Shown: piece by piece, positions 1-7,933 of the stretch
Numbering within the stretch: the first letter of the stretch is position 1
Layout of the letters: each line of letters begins with the position of its first letter
Origin: a virus
Lineage: Duplodnaviria > Caudoviricetes
Length of the DNA stretch: 30,025 nucleotides
IMG/VR virus record: IMGVR_UViG_3300032290_001058
Coordinates: 1 to 30,025 of that record
Reading direction: 5' to 3' (one strand)
Notes under the pieces: model-generated
The model's input: only the letters and a program-made list of their open reading frames with translations
The model's database searches: none
What the model was told of the DNA's origin: nothing
Program-made: the position numbers and the translations under genes

Positions 1-123
1 ATACAAGCGTTTCGTAGTATCGATCGTACCCAATCGGCACGTATGTTGCATCGTTTACCCCGCCAGCGCCTCGCATTAACCCTACCGTGCTTACCAACAG
101 CCGCGCGTGCCGATAATATACCA
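1..123. repeat. Terminal direct repeat (circular assembly overlap), copy 1
   Basis: 1-123 is identical to 29903-30025; unit genome length 29902 bp. Confidence 0.97.
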
Positions 124-253
124 GCGTCTGCCGCTTAAATGCCATTTCACCCGGCTTGTACGTTGCTGGCGGGTTTGGCACCTCGTACACGCGCACCCAT
201 TGCGGGTTAACCTCATGATTCTCAAACTTGCCGCTGTGTAGTATGTCGCTCAT
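1..253 (-). CDS. Hypothetical phage protein, 5' part; spans the circular junction (146 aa total with 29715..)
   Basis: ATG at 253 overlaps the TGA of 250..579 (ATGA). Reads MSDILHSGKFENHEV...RHARLLVSTVGLMRG without stops into the 29715..29999 ORF. VSTV...YETLVF resembles a motif common in small phage proteins. Confidence 0.8.
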   Translation of the reverse strand, partial: MSDILHSGKFENHEVNPQWVRVYEVPNPPATYKPGEMAFKRQTLVYYRHARLLVSTVGLMRGAGGVNDATYVPIGYDRYYETLV

Positions 254-579
254 TCTGCTGCCTCCTTTGTTTCAGGTAATCCCAAATCCATCGTTAACCG
301 TATCAGCTCTCGTACCTCGGTATGCAACGTGCCTACCATTTGCTGCAGTGAATGCCGTTGCAATACGTCTGGGTATTGCTCGTACAATGCAGCCAGCCCG
401 CGCGTTGCCTGTAACGTTCGCTCGATCTGCCGAAACTGCCTGCTGATTGCTGGGATTGTTACCATTGGTGTACCTGGCTTTTCGTGCTTATCGTACATGT
501 ACATAAACCTGCCGAGAATGCGCTTTTGCTCATCTGTCAATGATTCAAAATCGCTATGCCATTTGTCGTACCCGCTCAT
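250..579 (-). CDS. Hypothetical early protein (109 aa)
   Basis: GGAGG RBS upstream (CAGGAGGTTGAGCA-ATG); ATGA coupling to the next gene. Confidence 0.8.
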   Translation of the reverse strand: MSGYDKWHSDFESLTDEQKRILGRFMYMYDKHEKPGTPMVTIPAISRQFRQIERTLQATRGLAALYEQYPDVLQRHSLQQMVGTLHTEVRELIRLTMDLGLPETKEAAE

Positions 580-602
580 TGCTCAACCTCCTGTATTACA
601 GT

Positions 603-626
603 GGTGCCAGGTATTACCCTGGCACC
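603..626. promoter_or_regulatory. Intergenic GC hairpin (9-bp stem, 6-nt loop), no U-tract
   Basis: GGTGCCAGG-tattac-CCTGGCACC between ORFs 656..922 and 250..579. Confidence 0.55.
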
Positions 627-655
627 TATTCCCCGCTGTGTGTTATCCGTGCCGC

Positions 656-922
656 TTAGTACTGTGCATACACTCGAGCAACATACTTTGCTTCTTTTTT
701 GTATGCCTTTTCAGCCTCGGCAGCCGTGTTGTAAAAATCGTACGAATACTGCGAATTGGTAGCGTAGCTGACTAACCAGCAATCAGCAATGTGCATTGAT
801 TTGCACAATTTCGCCGCAAATGTTTTGCCGTGCTTGCTCAGCTCGATTGCTTGCACGATTTCCAACCCGCTCAATGCATCCCAACCGTATTGTGTCAAAA
901 TCGTTTCGCTTGCGTTGCTCAT
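656..922 (-). CDS. Hypothetical protein, first gene after early promoter A (88 aa)
   Basis: AAGGG RBS-like site upstream; lies ~45 nt downstream of a consensus promoter. Confidence 0.75.
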   Translation of the reverse strand: MSNASETILTQYGWDALSGLEIVQAIELSKHGKTFAAKLCKSMHIADCWLVSYATNSQYSYDFYNTAAEAEKAYKKEAKYVARVYAQY

Positions 923-966
923 CTTCGTTGCCCTTCGTTGTCTGCGTTGATTACCTAACCATCGAT

Positions 967-995
967 AGTATAAACGATGCTGTACAAGTTGTCAA
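967..995 (-). promoter_or_regulatory. Sigma70/SigA-type early promoter A
   Basis: Minus strand TTGACA (995-990), 17-nt spacer, TATACT (972-967). Confidence 0.85.
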
Positions 996-1024
996 TACGT
1001 TATAGGCGCAATTCTGTAGGCATT

Positions 1025-1351
1025 TCAGCTGCTGTATTGATCAGCTACATACTCGCGCGCGTAGCCGTCGTATTGCGCTGCCACTATCACCCGCTCTATG
1101 TGTGCATGTACCCGCGCTTGCATCTCGGCTGCAGTGCTTGCCACTATGCATACCGCGTGCCGCCCGTCGATATCGTTGTATACCTCGGCTGTATAGCGCC
1201 TGGCTTCGATCCGCCTGCCCAGCGCGTGCCAGTATCCGAGGTAATGCCGTGTAATCATTCGATACGCTGTACGCTCTACCGATGTTGTCCACACATGCAC
1301 TAACCCAGGCACCACACTGCTGCCATATTGTTTGCCACTATGCCGCGCCAT
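1025..1351 (-). CDS. Hypothetical protein (108 aa; start revised from 1426 to 1351)
   Basis: GAGGTAACAGC-ATG RBS at 1351; the longer ORF-track N-terminus only translates the A-tract. Confidence 0.6.
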   Translation of the reverse strand: MARHSGKQYGSSVVPGLVHVWTTSVERTAYRMITRHYLGYWHALGRRIEARRYTAEVYNDIDGRHAVCIVASTAAEMQARVHAHIERVIVAAQYDGYAREYVADQYSS

Positions 1352-1385
1352 GCTGTTACCTCGTTGCCATTGATTGTACAGTGCC

Positions 1386-1413
1386 TTTTTTCTTTTTTTT
1401 TCTTTTTGTTTTT
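1386..1413. repeat. Poly-T/poly-A tract (T6-C-T9-C-T5-G-T5)
   Basis: 25 of 28 bases are T on the plus strand; borders the GC-rich non-coding block. Confidence 0.9.
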
Positions 1414-1429
1414 CATCGCCTCGCACGGT

Positions 1430-1960
1430 GCTACCTTAGGCGCGCGGCGTTCCCCACAGTTGGCAGCCAGCCCCGAGCCTTGCCCAGCCCAGCCCGCCCG
1501 CTGCCTCGAGCACTGCCCAGCCCAGCCCGCGCGCGATCACTGCAGCGCGTGCCGAGCGGGTGCCGAGCTGCCGCCGCCGATTGTGCCGAGTGTCAGGCAT
1601 TGCGCGCCAGTGCCGAGGCTGCAGGGCATTGCAGTGCGTTGCGCGCGCATCGCTGTCAATGCAACATTGGAGCACAAATGTTGCTTTGAGCACGTTTGAG
1701 GCATTGGGATGCGCAACGCTGAAACGCATTACACACGATGTGCTAGCGCTGCCGTGCCCAGTGTCAGGCATTGCAGGTGCGTTGCTCGGCAGGCTCGAGC
1801 CCAGGGCAGGGCATGCACCCGATGCGATCGACAGCGCCCGCGTGCCCAGCCGAGGCGCGTTCGCGCGCGCGAGGCTGGGCGCGCCCATTGCCTCCCAACA
1901 TCAAACAATGCCCGCGCATTGACAACAGCAAACACACTGCCCAAACAGCCCCAACATTGC
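1430..1960. other. GC-rich non-coding block with direct repeats and hairpins
   Basis: 17-mer TGCCCAGCCCAGCCCGC at 1481 and 1514; 15-mer AGTGTCAGGCATTGC at 1589 and 1760; GTGCCGAG x4 (1549, 1560, 1583, 1610); hairpins at 1661-1684 and 1840-1884. Overlapping ORFs are low-complexity Ala/Arg/Pro/Cys shadows. Confidence 0.65.
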
Positions 1961-2129
1961 AGCGCGTGTATATCAACGTTAGTAGAGATTGCTCGCGCGT
2001 CGATACGTATTGAATAAGCATTTCAGCTGCTGTGCGAATAAATCGCCTAAAACCCTATATAACCACTAGATTAACCAGACATACATTGCAGGCTGCAAGG
2101 GATTGAGCAACGCGCGCAACAGTGCGAGA

Positions 2130-2505
2130 AACAAACAACAACAATACAAACACTACATACATAGATATATATATATTCATTACCTATATGTATTCTCTAT
2201 GTTTACCCTGTGTACTCCTGTGTACTCCTGTGTACTCGTGTGTACCTGTGTACTCCTGTTTACTTTAGTACACGCTAGTACACAGGGTACACTATTAGGG
2301 TGTGTACTCGTTTTACTGCATTGGGATGCTATAAACTCAAAAAAGTACACAGTACACACTATTTTTTCTATGCAACGTATACAATAGTACACATGCCGCG
2401 CGAAATGCCCAGCACTGGCAGCATACAGGGCATTAGTACGCGAAATAGCCAGCATACCAAACGATATGCCAGCCCGTGTGTACCCTGTGTACTGCTGTGT
2501 ACCGA
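2130..2505. repeat. Candidate replication origin: AT-rich segment plus iteron-like GTGTAC/GTACAC array
   Basis: AT-rich 2130-2200; 10-bp period TGTACTCCTG at 2209-2260; about 15 GTGTAC/GTACAC copies in both orientations through 2502; lies immediately downstream of the replication module. Confidence 0.6.
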
Positions 2506-2507
2506 CG

Positions 2508-2807
2508 TTACGAGCGCAACGCCTCGAGGAAATCGCGCGCCTGATCTGGCGTATAAATAATGCCGATTGGTGCCCCGAGCCAGGCAGCGTGCCACTCTTG
2601 TTGCCGCTCATTGAGCTTGCCGCGGGTATCTGGGTTTTTCACCTCTACCAGGCACGTTATACCGCGATATCCAACGAGCAAATCAGGCACGCCAGCCCCT
2701 GCATCATGCAATGACACTACAGACGCTCCCAGGGCTTCCAGGGTTGCTACAATGAGCTTCTGATTTGCATCTACTCTGCGCTTTTGGTACGCAAGCTTAT
2801 TTACCAT
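2508..2807 (-). CDS. VRR-NUC domain nuclease / Holliday junction resolvase-like (PD-(D/E)xK)
   Basis: RVDANQ..IV..LE.LGASV, GVPDLLVG, LVEVK, KLNERQQEW motifs. Confidence 0.85.
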   Translation of the reverse strand: MVNKLAYQKRRVDANQKLIVATLEALGASVVSLHDAGAGVPDLLVGYRGITCLVEVKNPDTRGKLNERQQEWHAAWLGAPIGIIYTPDQARDFLEALRS

Positions 2808-3840
2808 TTTGCAACGCCTCTAATGCACTCGGGTATTTGCCCGTATCTTGTAACCAGGCAATGACGGCTGCCTTTTCATGTACGCCATTGTATACCGGTC
2901 TGGGTAGCCCTGCATAGTACACACTGCCAGTAATCAATTTGCCAAACAGGCGCTGCAGTGTCTGGGTAGTGACATATTCGCGCGCGAATCGATCTAATAT
3001 GCCTTGGTACCAATCTTCGCCAGGCAGCGCGCGTTGATTCAGCCTGGGTACAACCCTCATGAGCTGATCAGCAACAAATGCCCTGTTGTACACATTGCCG
3101 TAACCCCAAACGCGCCCGATATAGGCAGGCTTGAGCGCTTTAATATTGACGCTCTCATGTATGCTAAAACCGTATGCCTTTAGCTCGAGCGCCCCAATAT
3201 AATCGCGCTTGCATTGCGCTACAATTTCCTGTAATTCGGTATTGAGCTTTTCAGGATTCGTTAACCGCAATGCATGCCCTTGCGCGAGCCAGTTGTATAC
3301 CGCCTCGATATCGTACGAGCGCCTGCCGCTTGGGTGCACCTCTACAGGCATCTTGCACAGCTTTACCCAGCTCCAAATTTGCTCTGTAGTGATCCCGAGC
3401 TCATCCGCAAGCATGGTAGCCGTTAAACCGAGCGCTGAATTATAGGTAACGCCGAGCTGCCGCGCTCGCTCGCATACAGCACGGGTAGTTCGCTTGAGCT
3501 TTTTAGCAATATCAGTTACATGCATAATGTGTATATTCATTGCTACAAACTGATCATGTTTCTTTGTCCAGGCGTTGCGTATGCCCTTCACACGGTAGCG
3601 TTTGAGCCTGGCATATAACCCGCTGTCCGTAATTCCGTAATACTTTGCTAGTAATGGTACGTTGTTATGAAACTTGCGCATATCCTGCATAAGCACGTCG
3701 GTATCATGCCAGGGCTTGCGCATTCGCGCCGTGCCGATTATTTTTGTTATCTTGTATTGAGAAATATTGAAATGTTGCATAGCTTCTTTTTGGGTATGCG
3801 TTTGTAAATACGTTCGCACCTCCCGATCGGTGTAGCTCAT
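2797..3840 (-). CDS. Multi-HTH DNA-binding protein (347 aa)
   Basis: HTH-like segments TQKEAMQHFNISQYKI and LLAKYYGITDSGLYARLKRY; Myb-like WTKKHD..DIAKKLKRTTRAVCERARQLG; MerR/Xis-like LTATMLADELGITTEQIWSW..RSYDIEAV. Confidence 0.7.
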   Translation of the reverse strand: MSYTDREVRTYLQTHTQKEAMQHFNISQYKITKIIGTARMRKPWHDTDVLMQDMRKFHNNVPLLAKYYGITDSGLYARLKRYRVKGIRNAWTKKHDQFVAMNIHIMHVTDIAKKLKRTTRAVCERARQLGVTYNSALGLTATMLADELGITTEQIWSWVKLCKMPVEVHPSGRRSYDIEAVYNWLAQGHALRLTNPEKLNTELQEIVAQCKRDYIGALELKAYGFSIHESVNIKALKPAYIGRVWGYGNVYNRAFVADQLMRVVPRLNQRALPGEDWYQGILDRFAREYVTTQTLQRLFGKLITGSVYYAGLPRPVYNGVHEKAAVIAWLQDTGKYPSALEALQNGK

Positions 3841-4238
3841 GGTATTGCCTCGTACAAGTTAGTAATCTGAATGTAGCGCGCCTGGGCTGTGGTTAGCTGT
3901 CGATGCAATCGCAATGCCTCGGCAAACTTGCCGCCAGCGTTTATGCTTCTATCGGCTTTACGCTGCAATGCCTCTCGAGTGTCAGGCGTTGCAGATCGGT
4001 ATGCATGGTAATACGTGCTATAGCGCTCGTTGTCTGCTTCCTCGAGGCGCTCAATAGCGTTAACCAGCGAAGCGTTAAGCACGTCTACCATTGTGCGCAA
4101 TCGCTGCACAATCTTTGCCTGTTGGTGCCGACAAAATCCACATAACCCGATACCGTCGTTTTTGTCTGGGTAGAACTTTTCACAGCAATAGGCACAAATC
4201 GGATTCCATAGCCCGCTATTGCGTACTGGCGTGCTCAT
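3837..4238 (-). CDS. Zinc-finger (CxxC...CxxC) hypothetical protein
   Basis: CAYC...CGFC near the N-terminus; ATGA overlaps on both sides. Confidence 0.7.
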   Translation of the reverse strand: MSTPVRNSGLWNPICAYCCEKFYPDKNDGIGLCGFCRHQQAKIVQRLRTMVDVLNASLVNAIERLEEADNERYSTYYHAYRSATPDTREALQRKADRSINAGGKFAEALRLHRQLTTAQARYIQITNLYEAIP

Positions 4239-6259
4239 CGGCTTAATTCCTCTCGTAATGTATCAATCAGCGAGCGTGTTGGTAGCCAAATGCTCGCCAT
4301 ACGGTCAAACTCTTTTAGGTTGCCTACTGCCAGGGTTGCGCGCAATTGCTCGAGCCTATTCTCGGGTATCATCTGGGCAGCGGTATACCTCGGCAGCGGC
4401 TCGGCTGGCGTTACTGGCTCGGGTGCTGTTGGTGCTGGCTCTTTGCTCGGTTGCGCTTCGTATCCCTTGGGTACATAGGGTGCTACGCTCTTGAGCGCGA
4501 AATACTTACCGCTTGCATCTTGCTTTACATGCCCCGTGCCTTTAAGCCTATGCAGCAAATTGTGCGTGCTCTGTTTGCTTCTGCCGATTGCCTCGGCTAT
4601 ATCCTGGGCTCGCCAGTGTGTACCGTCTGCCAAATACTCGAGCACTGCTGCCCGCTCTTTGGTGAGTAAGAATGATTCAGGATCACCAATTACCTCATGA
4701 TGCGCACCGATGCTATTCCAAGTCAATAGCCGTTTGTCATCGCTCTCGATATCGCGCCCGCGTACGATTAATTCGGATTGGTTTTCATCGCCTGGGATTC
4801 GCGACAAAATAAACATACCTGAAACGCCGCCTGCGAGCCCAGTGGTGCCGCTGATTTCGTCGAATGCATCATCGCTTTTACTCTTGCGCGTGTGATGTAT
4901 GACGAGTATTGCGCAATGGTATTTCTCTGCAAGCATCGTCAACGGTTTTACCGCGTCGTAATCTTCACTGTAGGGATTTGCGTATTTTTCTCGAGGCGCT
5001 CGTATATTCTCGAGAATATCAACCACAACCAACACTGTATCAGGGTATTTCAATAGAAACGCCTCGAGCGCGTCGACAGCCTCGGCACCGCGTCCCCAAT
5101 TGGTAGCAATAATCAGGTTTTTCGGCTGCCCTTGGTTGTCTATTTCCATCTGGCGCAATCGCTGCTGCATACGTCGCTGATTGGATTCGAGATCCAAATA
5201 CAACACCGTACCTGGCTCTGTTTTGTATTTGCCGAATACGAGATCACCCCGAGCAACAGCCCGCGCAATGTGCGTACCTGCCCAGCTCTTGCGCGCCTTA
5301 GGCTTGCCAGCAAACACAAAACAGCCTTCTGGTAATATCTCTTCTACAATCCAGGTCAATGCAGCAAACTGTTTGCCCTCGAGCTCATCGGCTGTAATCA
5401 GCTCGTATGCCAGCTCGTTTGTGATTGCGAATTGCTCGGGTTTGAGCGCCTCGAGCATCTGCATACTATCAGCCTGGTATAGTTTTGCCCAGTCTGCCAG
5501 ATCACCGCCGTTGCCGAGCTGCATATCAACCGCGTATACAGACAATTTTGCATCTTGCATAGCTTTTACGGCTTTTGCCGTGGCTGCCCTGCCTGCCTTG
5601 TCGCAATCGAGCGCAACCACAATGCCGCCAGCCCAAACGCGTGCCAGCTCTGCAAGTAGGCTTGCTGTTGGTGCGCGCTCCCCGCCGCCTGCCAGTGTTA
5701 TTGCAGGTATACCGAAATGCTGGGCTACTACCGTACTGGCTTCGCCATTGCAGTACACAAGCGGCTGCTTGGTTGCCCGTGCCATTTTGATTGCCTCGGG
5801 TAGCTTGTACCAGCACGCGGTAAACCCTTTTTCGTTTGTGTATGTATCCCCGTCGCGATAATCGAGAAACCGGTAACGTGTGCCGTTTGTTGTTTGTATG
5901 CTGAGGGCAGGTCTACGCATATGCCGACAGGCACGAAACCCTGCAGCCGCGAATACGTCCCAATGTACGCCTTTTTGCGAGGCGTAATCGTGCTCATTGG
6001 TATAAACCCTCTTGCTGCTGTCTATCGTCGATCCTGGTGGCTCTATGCCCCAATCTGGCATACGTCGTACCAGGTCGTACAAACTGCCTGATTCTTGGGT
6101 TACATGATCAATCCAGGTGCCGTGCTCATCCCCTGTAATGTGCAAGCTAAACCCGTTGCTGTCGCTGCCTGGTCTAAATGGTGAATTGATTCGATACTGA
6201 TTATTACTGGCAGGCTCGAGTTTGAGCGCTGCCAGTACCTGTGCTGCTGTGCTGTCCAT
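4235..6259 (-). CDS. Primase (Toprim)-helicase (RepA/AAA_25, SF4-like) fusion with C-terminal wHTH
   Basis: Toprim: YCNGE, ALDCDKAG, GGDLADW. Helicase: Walker A GKPKARKS, VLYLDLE, Walker B LVVVD, ILVIHHTRK, ISGTTGL, GRD. HTH: AQDIAEAIGRSKQSTHNLLHRL. Start placed at 6259 after AGGGTAC RBS. Confidence 0.88.
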   Translation of the reverse strand: MDSTAAQVLAALKLEPASNNQYRINSPFRPGSDSNGFSLHITGDEHGTWIDHVTQESGSLYDLVRRMPDWGIEPPGSTIDSSKRVYTNEHDYASQKGVHWDVFAAAGFRACRHMRRPALSIQTTNGTRYRFLDYRDGDTYTNEKGFTACWYKLPEAIKMARATKQPLVYCNGEASTVVAQHFGIPAITLAGGGERAPTASLLAELARVWAGGIVVALDCDKAGRAATAKAVKAMQDAKLSVYAVDMQLGNGGDLADWAKLYQADSMQMLEALKPEQFAITNELAYELITADELEGKQFAALTWIVEEILPEGCFVFAGKPKARKSWAGTHIARAVARGDLVFGKYKTEPGTVLYLDLESNQRRMQQRLRQMEIDNQGQPKNLIIATNWGRGAEAVDALEAFLLKYPDTVLVVVDILENIRAPREKYANPYSEDYDAVKPLTMLAEKYHCAILVIHHTRKSKSDDAFDEISGTTGLAGGVSGMFILSRIPGDENQSELIVRGRDIESDDKRLLTWNSIGAHHEVIGDPESFLLTKERAAVLEYLADGTHWRAQDIAEAIGRSKQSTHNLLHRLKGTGHVKQDASGKYFALKSVAPYVPKGYEAQPSKEPAPTAPEPVTPAEPLPRYTAAQMIPENRLEQLRATLAVGNLKEFDRMASIWLPTRSLIDTLREELSR

Positions 6260-6277
6260 GCTGTACCCTATGCAAAT

Positions 6278-6304
6278 GCCAGGCATGCAATGTGCATGCC
6301 TGGC
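6278..6304. promoter_or_regulatory. Intergenic hairpin (12-bp stem) just upstream of the primase-helicase RBS
   Basis: GCCAGGCATGCA-atg-TGCATGCCTGGC, perfect inverted repeat. Confidence 0.6.
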
Positions 6305-6317
6305 GTAACGTCATTAC

Positions 6318-7121
6318 CTAGAACATCGCTTCGTCATCATCGATAGGCGCTGCCGTGTTGTTTGCTGTTGGTGTTGGTGCTGTCGCGTCTGGCTCGAGGT
6401 TGCCCCGTCGCTCATCTAACCAGCCCGTGGTTATTAGCTCGGCACGCAATACGGCTGCCTGATTAAACAGATCATCACCAATGTACAAACCTGTTAATTG
6501 CTTTTCGGTTGCTGGCTCGGTAATCCCGAGTAACACTACATCATGCAATGCAGCTTTTTGTGTACCGCTGCCTACCTCAACAAACAACGGTTTTCCCTGC
6601 TTATCAACAGCCCCGCCAAACTCTACCCAAAATGCCCATTGCGGTAACGCTGCCTCGGCTTGCGCGTTTGCAATCTTTACAACCCAATCGTTATGATTTG
6701 AGAATACCGAATGTTTCGCGCCTGTGATCCTGCCAGCTATCCAGCCTTTTGTAGCAAATATGACAGGCTCGCTATACCCGCGCAACAGGCAGACGATTTC
6801 GGTATACAGTTTCATACCCTTATCGCGCTCCCAATGCTTATGCCAAACCATGTTACCGTCGATCAGGGTAAACGGCTGGGTACGTCGTGCAATTGGGATA
6901 AGCGCAACGTCAGGCGCTTCGTAGCCTTCCTCGTTTGGGTATAGGCTCGATTCCGTCCAACCTACTGGGCAGCTCTGCATGTACTGGGCTTTCACATAGA
7001 ATTGCCCAGGCTCCCCAACGCGCCCAACCTTGCGCCCGTTGTTCCAGCGAATGCGCGCGTAGCTTGCCTTGTCTTTGTCTTCTGTCCACTGTACGGTTTT
7101 GGCAGCGTTTTTCCAGCTCAT
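6318..7121 (-). CDS. Putative ssDNA-binding/annealing protein
   Basis: Flexible Pro/Thr/Ala linker and acidic-aromatic tail (PIDDDEAMF) typical of SSBs; lies upstream of primase-helicase; start MSWKN at 7121 after GGGGAG. Confidence 0.5.
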   Translation of the reverse strand: MSWKNAAKTVQWTEDKDKASYARIRWNNGRKVGRVGEPGQFYVKAQYMQSCPVGWTESSLYPNEEGYEAPDVALIPIARRTQPFTLIDGNMVWHKHWERDKGMKLYTEIVCLLRGYSEPVIFATKGWIAGRITGAKHSVFSNHNDWVVKIANAQAEAALPQWAFWVEFGGAVDKQGKPLFVEVGSGTQKAALHDVVLLGITEPATEKQLTGLYIGDDLFNQAAVLRAELITTGWLDERRGNLEPDATAPTPTANNTAAPIDDDEAMF

Positions 7122-7125
7122 TGCA

Positions 7126-7323
7126 TTACTCCCCTTCAATCTGCGTTGTTCGCTTCTGTCTGATGATCTCAATTACTCGCTCAATAGTATTGTGATCTGC
7201 GTGCGTCCAAAATGCCTCAAGTATTGCCACAATGATTGCCGATACCGAAACATTGTACAGGGCTGCCGTTTCGCTCATGCGCTTATGCAACCAGGTAGGC
7301 ATAGCTAATACTGGTCGTGGCAT
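7126..7323 (-). CDS. Ribbon-helix-helix (Arc/CopG-like) regulator
   Basis: RPVLAMP-TWLHKRMSETAALYNVSVSAIIVAILE fits the beta-alpha-alpha RHH pattern. Confidence 0.6.
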   Translation of the reverse strand: MPRPVLAMPTWLHKRMSETAALYNVSVSAIIVAILEAFWTHADHNTIERVIEIIRQKRTTQIEGE

Positions 7324-7326
7324 GTT

Positions 7327-7671
7327 CTATGCCTTTTCGATTCGCAGAAACGGTTTTACCGTCGTGGTTTTTTTGTACGCTCGCAAGCGACGTGCTACCG
7401 CGTCTGCAAATTCGTTATTTTGGTCAATGAGCTCTAAAACAAAATTATCGATTGCCGCTGTATCGTAGCTGACTCGCTCGCTCTCGCCTGTCATCTTGAG
7501 CGTTGCAACACCCTTGATAGTGTGGCTCTTGAGCTCGGCAGCCTGCATAATATCTGCAATAGCTGTGCGCGTGGTCTTCTGGCGTTCCTCGAGCTCTTTT
7601 ACCTCTTGCGAATATTCCATGTAATCATTAGTAAGTATTCGCAGGTAATCCAAATCGGTTTCGTTAGGCAT
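7327..7671 (-). CDS. Gp157/Gam-like coiled-coil protein
   Basis: Coiled coil (EVKELEERQKTTRTAIADIM), then KGVATLK..., ending KPFLRIEKA; start MPNET after AGGGGTAC. Confidence 0.45.
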   Translation of the reverse strand: MPNETDLDYLRILTNDYMEYSQEVKELEERQKTTRTAIADIMQAAELKSHTIKGVATLKMTGESERVSYDTAAIDNFVLELIDQNNEFADAVARRLRAYKKTTTVKPFLRIEKA

Positions 7672-7690
7672 TGCGTACCCCTTTGCTATA

Positions 7691-7933
7691 CTACTCTTGC
7701 TGTGCCTGTGCTGCAGCGCGCGTGCTATCGATTTCGGTAGCACGCGCTTCTGTGCTAGCCTCTATGTGCTCGATTGCGATAATTAGCCCCTGCAACAGCA
7801 ACCCCGTTGCTGTCATCTGGGCTGTAATGGCTGCTGCCTTCCATCTGGGTATTAGCTCCTGTGGTACACGGATCGTTACCGCCTTGCTGCTCGTGCTCGC
7901 TATACCAGGTCGCTGGTATTTCTTTAGGTACAT
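7691..7933 (-). CDS. Second RHH-like regulator
   Basis: KAVTIRVPQELIPRWKAAAITAQMTATGLL; GAGGGT RBS. Overlaps the 3' end of 7755..8303. Confidence 0.55.
   Translation of the reverse strand: MYLKKYQRPGIASTSSKAVTIRVPQELIPRWKAAAITAQMTATGLLLQGLIIAIEHIEASTEARATEIDSTRAAAQAQQE

Noticed and set aside
1-123. Biological terminal repeat (T7-like DTR) or att site
   Set aside because: It falls mid-ORF and has a length typical of an assembler overlap; best explained as circular assembly redundancy.
1919-1947. Plus-strand TTGACA at 1919 as an antisense promoter
   Set aside because: No -10 hexamer at 16-18 nt spacing.
2209-2505. CRISPR mini-array or LexA (GTAC-N4-GTAC) boxes
   Set aside because: Repeats are only 6-10 bp with no unique spacers. 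GTAC spacing is mostly N5-N6, and only one N4 instance was seen (2242-2253).
1282-2611. ORFs inside the non-coding region (1282..1689, 1436..1888, 2103..2387, 2180..2611)
   Set aside because: Low-complexity translations of DNA repeats with no convincing RBS; a small real gene cannot be fully excluded.
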